Positions 13,691 to 24,930 of a stretch of 64,000 bases of DNA are shown piece by piece. A program made the position numbers and the translations under genes. The first letter of the stretch is position 1; each line of letters begins with the position of its first letter. Origin of the DNA: Nageia nagi. Lineage: Eukaryota > Plantae > Pinophyta. Under the pieces are notes generated by a model. The model was given only the letters and a program-made list of their open reading frames with translations. It was not told where the DNA came from and did no database searches. The stretch is taken from contig JBITNC010000002.1 in assembly GCA_050084985.1 (NCBI GenBank), positions 3,844,001 through 3,908,000 of the forward strand, written 5' to 3'.

Positions 13691-14269
13691 TTTCATACAT
13701 CTAGTTCATGTTTTGTTTGAAGAAAATTTATTTCCTTGATTTTAATGTTGCAATATTTTATAAATTTGGAGAAATTCAACAATGTAAATTCACCTTCCAA
13801 TAATTATAAAAATTAGGGAAAAATCAAATACATGCATGGGTTTTAAAATGTTCCCTTAGGCACATCCCTCTAATTTTAAATTTGCAATATGCTGGTGAGA
13901 TAATAAAGTCTCCTATACTCTTCCCTAAAGTAATATATCTAAAGGAAATCTACATTAAAATATGGATCACTAGACTAGAAAGGGCTTTTGGTAGCATTCA
14001 TAAACTACCACCAAAAGCATTTTTTGATGGTTATTTGACTACCTCCTATTAGCTTGCCACCAAGAGTACCCCCTTATGGCATTGAGTAATTTACCCATCG
14101 ATATATGGCACATAAAACACCATATAAGATTATAAAGAGGTGGTTTTTAACTACCACACTATATTTTAAGGGGTTTTTAAATTACCTCTTAATAATTACA
14201 ATGAAAAAAGGGCATAAGCTGGAAGCATTCTTCCAAATGGAAGAATGCTTTTAGGATCTACTACCATAT

Positions 14270-14480
14270 GTTACCTAAGGAAACCAAGCTAGATCATAGT
14301 GAGCCTAATTAAAGTATTGTATATGGGATCTCAAAGGATGCCCTAGTGGATTTGACCAAGAATAATGCTTCCAAGCTCTACAGCCCTCAGTTACCCAAGG
14401 TACATAAGCTCGATCATAGTGAGCTCAATTAAAGTGTTAACCATGGGCTCTCAAGGATGGCCTAGTGGATTTGATCAGTC
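14270..14480. repeat. Two-copy ~120-bp tandem duplication inside the CACTA
   Basis: GTTACC(T/C)AAGG...AAGCT(A/C)GATCATAGTGAGC...CCTAGTGGATTTGA at ~14270 and ~14390. Confidence 0.8.
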
Positions 14481-14779
14481 ACTTTTCACTTGCAAAATTA
14501 TAATACTTAGCATAATTGAAAATAAATTTAACTACGAACATAAATAATAAAATTATTTGCACACCATTTCATTATCAAGTAATTACACATAATTATGAAA
14601 GTATAATAGTTTCCTCATACCTGATATCTATAGTGTGGATCAATTGTTTGCTTAATACATTAATGTGAGTTTTTTATATATTTGCAAGATAAGTATTACA
14701 AGCATGTTTTTATCAATTTACAACTTTTGGATTAGTTATAAGGGGAACATGGTGTTACAAGGTGCAAGTAGGTATTCTT

Positions 14780-15290
14780 TTGTAGGAAATAATCTTGTAT
14801 TCTTCTCCATTTTGCATATATGTTCATGCCTTGTATTTTTCTATATTTATTTAGAAAACCCATGTTATGTGTATCTTATAAAATAAATTAAGCTCGAGTC
14901 TTGTGTATTCTTCCACATTTTTCATGTGTCTATGGGCCTTTTCCAAAAAAACTATTTTGCATGTATCCTGTAATCATTACAAACTATGAAACTATGTTTG
15001 CATCATTCATATTATTAAACAAATCCTAGTTCTTATATATTCTTCAATATTTTTTATATATGTCTATCAATACACTCACAAACATAACATTTAATTTACA
15101 GAAATCAAGTTGATACATCCACCCACCCAATTTAGGTTTATGGGTATATTTCCAGTGAAAGTTCAAAGCTCCCTCAAGATAGCCTGCATGAACCACAACA
15201 TTTGATTTAGAAGCATCAAGTAGACACATCCACATATCCAATTAAGAGTTTATTGTTTTGGCAGTGAAGTTCGAAAGCTAAGTTCCCAAA
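14780..15290 (-). repeat. PPR-derived repeats in the left arm (inverted copies of the 111-bp unit and MYAK units)
   Basis: ORF 15044-15241(-) MWMCLLDASKSNVVVHAGYLEGALNF is the reverse complement of the 18780-19810 unit. Confidence 0.85.
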
Positions 15291-15844
15291 AATAATTTCA
15301 TGGATTTCAATGATTAGATGTCTTTACCCCTAGGAGAACCTAAAGGAAAAATCATGAATTAGAAAAGTCAAGGCTATGTACATTTCTTCAACAATATTCA
15401 TAATGTTACAACACATGATCTTTCATACAAGTATCTTGGGGGTAAAGACATCCAATCCAAAATATCTCAACACTTGGATAAGCAAAGCAATTGTTAAACC
15501 CATATGATTGAAGTGCATCATATGATATGATATTATGAAATAAACTAAATAAATCAATATATGATATGAAATAAACCAAACACACTATATATGATATGAA
15601 ACCTCATTGAGTGATAGAAGCATCAAATATGCTATCTAAAACCTCCAAAAACTTCATACCTCTCATTGAAAGATATAAATAGAAAAAATGATATGATGAA
15701 AATAATGGAACAAGTTGTGGGATCCTTCATTTCTTGGAAAATGATATAATTGTTCTCTTCTTTACTAATGGTTATTTTCAATTGTGTTATGAATTGCATA
15801 TCCTTGTTGTATCCATGAATTGTATATCCTCTAGTCTTTGCATT

Positions 15845-16390
15845 TCATGAAACTATGTTTGCATCACATCGTTTCAAATAGTTCTAAGAACTTGTGTATT
15901 GTTCTACATTTTGCATACATATATATTAGGTCATTCAAAATCATAATATTTAATGCAAAACCATTTTGAACTACTATTCAATAGATGTCCATACCTTCTT
16001 CTAGAGATCCCATGGTACCACATGCTAGAAGAATGCTGGCAAAGGTTACAAAGTTTAGCTTTACATTTGATAATTGTATCTTCTTAAAATTATTTAGAGT
16101 TAAAAAAAAAGAACTATTTTGTGTATATCCTATGATCATTACATTCCATGAAACTATGTATGCATCATGCAAATTAAAGAGTTTAAGGGAATCCTTATTG
16201 TAGCCATGAATTACATATCCTCCAATCATTGCATTCCATCAAATTGTGTCTGCATAATGCATCTTTTTAAATAATTCTAGACCTTTGTGTATTCTTCCAT
16301 ATTTTGCATTCGTGCTTATCAAGGCATTCACAACCACAATATTTGATGAAAAACCATTTTCAACTGCTCTTTGATGGATATCCATACCTT
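15845..16390 (-). pseudogene. Captured PLS-class PPR gene fragments
   Basis: GMDIHQRAVENGFSSNIVVVNALISTNAKYGRIHKGLELFKKMHYADTI*WNAMIGGYVIHGYNKDSLKLF, joined to VSWNVMIIGYTQN...FVTFASILLACGTMGSLEEGMDIY (ORF 15978-16229). Confidence 0.9.
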
Positions 16391-16494
16391 CTGCAAGAAT
16401 CGTTCATTCTACAAAAAGCCCATTTTATGTGCATCCAACCCATAAGATCTTGCAACTTAGAGAAGGTATATAATTATTCAACCTATATAGTCTA

Positions 16495-18210
16495 AGTACA
16501 TCATATGATATGAAATGATCTAAATGCAACATGCATATGGTATGAAATTAACCAAGTGCACTATATATGATATGAAATGAATTAAGTGCACTATATATGA
16601 TATGAAATGATTTAAATATACAATCATATGATATGAAACTCATGAAGTGATAGAAGCATAAAATATTTTATTATCTAAAACCTTCAAAAAATTTAGACCT
16701 CCCATTGAAAGATCTAAATAGACCATGTGATATGGAATTTTATAAGGTCAAAAACTGGTCCAAAAGTGGTAAGTTGGCAAAAACATGCTTGTAATGCTTA
16801 GCTAGACAGAAAAATATGTGATTGCAGAGTAGATTCCATGTTGTATATACAAAATGATGAGATAAAAGCAATGGAAAATGTTATGGTCTACTTCATATGT
16901 TCTGAAATGATGCAACTATACCATATGATGTGAAATGACCTAAATACATTATATGATATAAAAAAATGTTACGAGATGATCTAAGTATCTTTGAAACCTA
17001 TAAAATAATGAAATATTTTATGGGATCCTTTATTTCCTGGTAAATGAAATAATTAAGGCTCTCCTTTACTTGTAAATATTTGCTAATTTTATCATGACAT
17101 AATTTGGACTAAGTATCAAAAACTAGTCCAAAAGTGATAAGTTGACCTCATTTACCATATGTTATGAAATGATGCAATTGTACATCATTTAAATACATAA
17201 ATTTTAACCTTCATAACCATTTAAGCTATCTTGAGAAATGATTTAATTCATACCTCCCGTTGAAATATATAAGTAGAACATATGATATGAAATGATTTAA
17301 ATTCTTATCTCATCTCATCTCCTCTCGTCTCACCTTATAAAATGCACCTTTGTCTCCTCTTATCCCTCACTTGGAAAACTCAAAAAAATCAAAATGTCAA
17401 AAATATTCCAAGTGCCTATCTAAGCTCCTTGTAAAATATGGAATAATAATACAAGAGGCTCATGAAACTGTGTCTACATAATGCATCTTCCACATTACAA
17501 CCCATGAAACTATGATTGCATCATGCATCTTCCATATTTTGCATACATTTATATCAGGTTTTATGTTCCATTTCAGCTTTTTAAAAAGTGTATCTTGGCT
17601 ATTTGGATGTATCTACTTTGTTCTTGTGTCATTAAATAATTTTTTAAATTCAAAAACTAGTCCAAAAATGATAAGTGGGTCTCATCCATCATATGTTTTG
17701 AAATGATGCAACTATGCATCATTTAAATGCATAAAATTATTGACCTTATTTTCCATGAAAAATATCATGAGAAATGATTTAATTCATACCTCATACTAAA
17801 ATATCTAAATAGACCATGTGATATGAAATGATTTAAATATAGTACCATATGATCTAAAATGATCTACATGCTCCAATAATAAATAATCTAAGTACATCAT
17901 ATGATATGAAGTGAATATCCAAATGTGCCATATATATGATATGAAATGAACTAAGTGAACCATATATATGATAATAAATGATCTAAAAAATAGTTCAAAA
18001 GTAGTAAGTTAGCTAAAACATTCTTGTAATACATATCCAAACACAAAAAATATGTAGTTCTCAAGTGGATGTGTTGTTGTATATATAGAATGATAAGATC
18101 AAAATAATAGAACATGTTGTGGGTTATTTCATTACCTGGAATGTATAAAAAATTCTTTACAAAAAAATTATGATATGTGATATGAAATGATTTAAGTACA
18201 CCATATGATC
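16495..18210. repeat. Dispersed ~28-bp ATATGATATGAAATGA minisatellite-like units in the CACTA centre
   Basis: Clusters at ~16500-16640 and ~17810-17990, plus ~15515-15600 outside this span. Confidence 0.8.
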
Positions 18211-18779
18211 CAAAATATGTCTTGGAGAAGGAAAAAAATTGTTCAACCTAGAAATTTTCTAAGTATAAAAAATACTTAGCTTGTAATACTTTGCCAAAAA
18301 AGAAATTATGATATGTTGTAGTAGTATTTTATAGCATAATTATGTAATTATTGATCATTATTAAACCAAAAAATGAAATGAGCTTGAAATAAGAACTTAT
18401 TCCAATGAATCTTAATAGGTGAAGGAAATAAGATATATTTATTTGAAACAACATCAACTTCTGCTAGATTGACATCTGCTTCAACTTGTCATAATATAAT
18501 GTTATATAAAATACCATGTCCATATTGGATATCTTCTTTGATCCCTCATTGATACCTAGCCAAATCATACAAAAGGTAAAATTTATTTTTGATTCAACAT
18601 TCTTATAGATTGCAATAATTAGAGATATGCAATTAATGGCTACAATAAGGATGCCCTGAAATTCTAATGTAAGTATGCAAAAACATGTCTGTAATACTTA
18701 GCCAAACCCAAAATAATATATCATTCCCAATTGGATGTCATGTTGTGTAGATAAAATTATGAGATGAAAATAATAGAAT

Positions 18780-19810
18780 ATGGTGTATGGATGTATCTAT
18801 TTGGTTCTTCTAAATCAAATGTTATGGTTTTTGTATACTATCTTAAGGGAGATTTGAACTTCACTACCAAAATAACCCTAAACCTAAATTGTATATGATG
18901 AAGTGTATATTTGGCACTTCAAAATAAAATATTTTCATTTGTATAGGCTATCATGAGGGAGATTTTAACTTCATTACCAAAATAGCCATAAACCCTAAAC
19001 TAGGTGTGTGGATGTGTCTTCTTCGTGCTTCTAAATAGAATGTTATGGTTCATGCATGCTACTTTGAGGGAGATTTTAACTTCATTACTAAAATATCCCA
19101 AACACTTAATTGGGTGTGTAGATGTGTTTTCTTAATGCTTATAAATTGAATTTTATGGTTCATGTAGGCTATTTTAAGGGACCTTTGAACTTTACTACTA
19201 AAATACCCATAAACCCTAAATTGGGTATGTGAATGTATCTATTTGATGCTTATAAATTGAATGTTATGGTTCACATAAGCTATCTTTAGGGAGATTTGAA
19301 TGTCACTACAAAAATACCCATAAACCTTGAATTGGATGTGTCTACTTGGTGCTTCTAAATTGAATGTTGTGATTAATGTAGGCTATCTTGAAGAAGCTTT
19401 TAACTTCACTACCAAAATACCATAAACCCTAAATTGGGTATCTAAATGTGTCTACTTGGTTCTTCTAAATTGAATGTTGTTGATCGTGTAGGCTATGTTG
19501 AGGGAGCTTTGAAATTCACTAATAAACCTTGACTTATGTGTGTGGATTTATCTCCTTGGTGCTTCTAAATCAAATGGTGTGGTTCATGTAGCCTATATTG
19601 AGGGAGCTTTGAACTTCACTACTAAAATACTCATAAACCTTGAATTGGGTGTGTGGATGTGTCTACTTGGTTCTTCTAAATTGAATATTATGGTTCATGC
19701 AAGCTATCTTAAGGGATCTTTGAAATTCATTGCCAAAAAATCTTAAACATTGAATTAGATGTATTGATGTGTCTATTTGGTTCTTCTAAATCAAATATTA
19801 TGGTTCATAC
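18780..19810 (+). repeat. 111-bp tandem array (about 9 copies) derived from the PPR S2/E1 motif
   Basis: Anchor at 18811, 18921, 19032, 19142, 19253, 19356, 19466, 19566, 19677, 19787. Unit translates HAGYLEGALNFTTKIPIKPKLGVWMCLLGASKSNVMV. Confidence 0.92.
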
Positions 19811-20920
19811 TATTGGAAATTGTAATATAATATTTATCTCTAATATAAATTCACTTAATACTTAAAGTATCTTTAATATATCTTAAAAAATTAAGAGAAT
19901 AAATATAGAAATACCTTTAACCTTAACCTTAGGTAAAGGGAAGATTAAAGGATGAATTTCTTCTTATAAATAGAGAGGTACCCTTTTCATTATGTAACTT
20001 GATGAAGCATGGTAATGCTTATCTTATAGAGTTGTAGGAATGCTCTTGTAGGAGGCTTGTAGAAGAATTCTTGATAATTTGTAAGAGAGTTATCTTGTGA
20101 GAAAGTAATAGGAAGGATGGTTCAAAGTGAATATTCTCTCAAGAGTTGAAGGAACCACTATATATGATGTGTTATTATTTGTGTGATTGATTATTACTTT
20201 GCTAGTTAGATGAATGTTAGATTTGTTGGAGAAGCTTTAAGGATATCTTGGTTTATAGAGTCTTTCAATTCCATCAAGTGGTATCAGAGCCTTCCTTATT
20301 GTGGTCTCCTAAACTTTTTACTTAGTGATTTTGAGGTAACCCTCCTTAAATTTAAGGTATACCTATCCTCTAATATTGTTTCAATTTTATTTAAAACTTC
20401 ATTAGTTAATGAATTTCAATTTCTTATTTTTTGAAGTTGAAAGTTGATATCTATACTAACATATTTTTTATCTTGAGGATAATGGGTTCAAATTTAAGGT
20501 AAAATTTTACCTTAATTACATGTTAGTAGTTTTGTTAAATCTAACATTTGCTATATGGTTAGATTGTAAATCTTGTGATTTGATATCTATACTAGCATGT
20601 TTATGCTAAGAGTAATTGGTTAAGATCTAACATCTTATGTTAGAAACATGTTAGAAGTGTTTGAAGTTAGATCTAACATATGGTATATGGTTAGATTTTT
20701 AAGATCTTGAAATATTAGTGCTTCTAATTTTTTTTTTCTTATAGTCAAATCTAATATTAGATTCTAAAACTATGCTACGATCTTATTAAGTTTCAAGCTT
20801 ACAAAAATCTAATTTATGATTTTTGTAATAAAATTTTTTAGCAAGAAAGTTAAAATATTATCTTGCTATGTTTAACAAAGGTACAATTTTTTTTGTAACA
20901 AGTAAGGTTACAAAAGCTTG

Positions 20921-21007
<87 letters not shown>

Positions 21008-24000
21008 ATTGATGAAATTTTACCTTAAATATTTAAAAGGTATTTTTAAATTTAAGTCCTAAAGTTTTTTAAAGTATGGTGCAATTTTTAAGTAATGACT
21101 TAAATTATTGATAATTGCCTACTTTTAAGCATGGAATAAATTGTAACTTATATATAATTTTATATATGAGAATTTTTTTAATTGCTAAATTCTCACGTTA
21201 GTGCAAATTTTATTTATTTAAATGCATGATTATTGCTATGTGGATAAAAGTTCTCTTAAATATTTTTGCTTATGAATTTTTTGTAAATAGAGTAATTTTT
21301 TAAGTATCAAATATTTTATGCTCTACATTAAGTTGAAAAATATTTGATTAATGCCTTGGATAGCCTATTTAATCCTTTAGGAAAATTACTTTGATAATTT
21401 ACAAATTGTATGCCTTGGATAAACCTATTTAATCCTTTGGATATATTCATAGATTATGGTTATTTTTTATGCATATTTTTTATCAATATAACAACATTTT
21501 TTTATAAAATTTTGCCAAGTATTGCAAATCTAAAAAGACTAATGCAATATTTGATTCAATTTATAAATTGATAATTTTGTAAGGAAAAATTGATAATCTT
21601 TTTTTCTTATGTCCTATCTGAAATTAAAAATGTGAAATTTTTGATGAAAAAGAAAAAAAGAGGAAAGTAGCATTGTTGTTATGCTTATATTGTGCTTGGA
21701 TGGTTAATTTATGCACATAATTAATCTCCTTGGTTGGATGAAAATATATAGTGCTTGGATGTGCATAACATAGAAATTTAGGTTAATTTGTTTTTTCAAA
21801 TTTTGATATGCACTATCCTTATTAGTTGCAATGCAATTGTGCATGTTTATGCACATTGAAAATTTGTTATGGATGTGCTAGTGTTTGAAATGAAAATTTT
21901 AAACCTTATAATATGCACTATATTTTATTAATTGTATTTGCATTAATATTGCAAAAGACTTAGTGTGCTTAATGTGCATGAGATTATGAAATTGATGGCT
22001 AATATGAATATTTATTTTGTGCATATTATTTTGAAGTAAAAGTTTGTGCAACTATTTTTCAAATTATCTTCATTTTTTACATACATTATGTTGCATGAAA
22101 ACTTTTTGATTATGTACATATTCTTATTTGTACACATTGATCCTACGTTGTATGAATTTTTTTTTTTTGTTGAGCACAAATTTTTGTAGTAAAGTTTGTT
22201 ATCTTTCTCAATATTAGAATTATTGTGCATTAATCTTTAAAAATTTTATGCACATTGGATAATATACTTATTGGAGTGCAAAGTTTTAAAACTTACTTCA
22301 CAAGATTTATTGAGAATAATTCACTATTGATTACTTTTACATAAGAAAAATCTTTATTTTAAAACAAAAGTATACAAATACCTTTGGTAATTGTACATTC
22401 CTTTCTATGTTTGTAAAGATTAATAATTGCAACAAATTTTTTTAAATAAAGTTACTCTTAAGGGGGAGTATAAAATCCAAACATACTTCTATGTTTGAGA
22501 ATGTTCATAGATTAATGCCTCTATACTTTCATATTTTGAAAGAATATCCATGTTTATGGATTGATGCCACTATACTTCCATAGTTGGAAAGTTTATCTAT
22601 GTTTATAGATAAATTCCACTATAATTTTTGTTTGAAAAATTTATCCATGATGATGGATTGATTACCATATTGCTATTTGTTAGCAAGTTGTAGTAGATGG
22701 AGTAGTTAAAAAGGTTCACCTTTCTCCATAACTAAATTATTGAAGTGGTTAAAAAAGTTTGACCTTCTACATGATTGCACATTATTAGAGTGGTTAAAAA
22801 GGTTTACCCTTATCCAAAATTATAATTGTTTGATAAAATTTGAATTCATATTGATGGATTAATGCTACTAAATTTTACTATATGCTTTTTGACTAGTAGC
22901 ATAGTCAAGTTGGCATTTTATAGCTTGTGCATCTTAATGTGGTAGTCAAGATGGTATTTTATGGTTTGTTCTTCATCTATGCTACAGTATTATTGAAGAA
23001 CTTAAACCTATAAATCAATATGTTTATAAATAAATAAGAACTTATGTATATGGTTTATGCTTTGTTGTGTAAATCTTGGTTTCATGTTTGGTCAAGTTGG
23101 CATTTGTGGCTTATAAATCTTGATTTAGTCAAATGGTTATACCTTTAAAAATATTGACTTAGTAGTTTAGTCAAGATGGCATTTGATCATTTTTTACATG
23201 GTTAAGATAACATGGTCATATAAGTATTTATTTGGTGAAGTTGAAATCAAGGGGGATAATTAAATTATGAAATATTATGATATGATGACACCTTCATATA
23301 CCCTCAACAAATACAAAATAATGATTTAAAATAAACAAAAATGAAAATTAAAAATCAATTTTTTTATAAATATTGTTGATATTTTTTATATCCTTGGTTA
23401 AAAATGTATTTATATCACTTGGTTGATTGTGCATCTGATAGTATTGTGCACATATGATATTATTTATATCATGTTATGGTTGATACATTTTATTTAGTAT
23501 ACACATGTGATATATAGTTGAAGATATATATCATCTTTTATGTTGTGCATATATGATAACTTGGTATTTTTTATCAATTTATGGATGAAATATATCTCAT
23601 ATGAGTGTATATGATGTATCTAATTGATCTTATTTATGAGATGCTTGTAACTTGCAGGTTCATCTTAAGATTGCAGGTTACTTTGGGTATGCAGACTTAT
23701 GGAGGCTCATCATATCAATATATTATTAAATGACTAATTTTTTACAAAGAAACCATTTTTTAGTTAATAATTGTATTGTAAAACTATTTATTAAAATAGT
23801 TAAGTAGTTGAGCCATTGTAGAATCATCTATATTCTATTACTTTCTCAAATATGTAAAAGTTCCCATCTCCACTTGTATCTCTATAGAGAAGAACTCTCT
23901 CTTACTCTTTATTTTTGTTTTTTTGACTCTATACCCAATATTGCATTAAGGAGGAGTGTTGAAAATCATAATATAATATTATATAATATTTATCTTTAAT

Positions 24001-24427
24001 GTAAATTCACTTAATACTTAAAGTATCTTTAGATACCTTAAAGCATTAAGAGAATAAATATAGAAAGAGAAATAAATATAGAAACACATTTAACCTTACC
24101 CTTGGGTAAAAGAAAGGTTAAAGGGTGGGTTTCTTCTTATAAATAGAGAGGTAACCCTTTCATTATGTAACTTGATGAAGCATGGTAATGCTTATCTTAT
24201 AGGATCCTTGTAGAAGAATTCTTGATCATTTGTAAGAGAGTTATCTTATGAAAAAGTAATAGAAAGGATGGTTCAAAGTGGATGCACTTCCAAGAGTTGG
24301 AGGAACCACTATATATGATGTTTTATCATTTGTGTGATTGATTATTACATTTTTAGATGGATAAATGTTAAATTTTTTAAAGAAGCTTCAAAGAGATCTT
24401 GGTTTATGAAATCCTTCAATTCCATCA
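19811..24427 (+). mobile_element. Non-coding (LARD-like) LTR retrotransposon nested in the PPR array
   Basis: 5' LTR 19811-20276, PBS TGGTATCAGAGCC 20279-20291, PPT AAGGAGGAG ending 23956, 3' LTR 23957-24427 (TG...CA). TSD CATAC/CATGC. The ~3.7-kb interior has no recognisable gag/pol. Confidence 0.92.
20925..21002. repeat. (TA)n microsatellite
   Basis: About 39 TA units. Confidence 0.98.
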
Positions 24428-24930
24428 CATGCAAACTATCTTAAGAGATATTTGAACTTCAGTTCCAAAAAATCTTAAACCCTAATGATGTGTCTACTTG
24501 GTGCTTACAAATCAAATGTTATGGTCCACATAGACTATCTTGAGGGAGCTTTGAAATTCATTACCAAAATATCCATAAAACCTAAATTAGATGTGTGTAT
24601 GTATCTATTTGGTTCTTCTAAATCAAATATTATGGTTTGTGCATGCTATCTTGAGGGAGCTTTCAATTTCATTGCCAAAATACCCATAAAACCTAAATTG
24701 GATGCTTCTAAATCAAATGTTGTGATTTGTGTAGGCTATATTGAGGGAGCTTTGTAATTCAATACCAAAATACCCACAAATTGAATACACATAAAATGGA
24801 TTTTCTAAAAAAAGGCTCATAGATATGAAAAATATGGAAGAATACATAAGACTATATAATTATTTGACAAGATGCATGATATAAATATAGTTTCATGGTA
24901 TTGCAAGATACACATAAAAAGGATTTTCTA
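24428..24930 (+). repeat. Continuation of the 111-bp PPR array (about 3 copies) plus a plus-strand PPR MYAK unit
   Basis: ORF 24485-24757. 24816-24925 reads LIDM/KYGRIHKTI*LFDKMHDINIVSW/IARYT*KGF. Confidence 0.88.

Larger units (their letters stand above)
12193..13710 (+). mobile_element. Left arm of a CACTA (EnSpm) element, truncated or orphan
   Basis: Starts CACTATACCAAAAATGGACTTTAGGGGTAGGAAATTTGAGGC, an imperfect inverted match to the 25340 end. AAACTACC subterminal motifs, then PPR-derived repeats. Confidence 0.75.

Noticed and set aside
15978-16229. Functional PPR gene
   Set aside because: Motifs are out of order, with stops and frameshifts, and sit inside a CACTA element.
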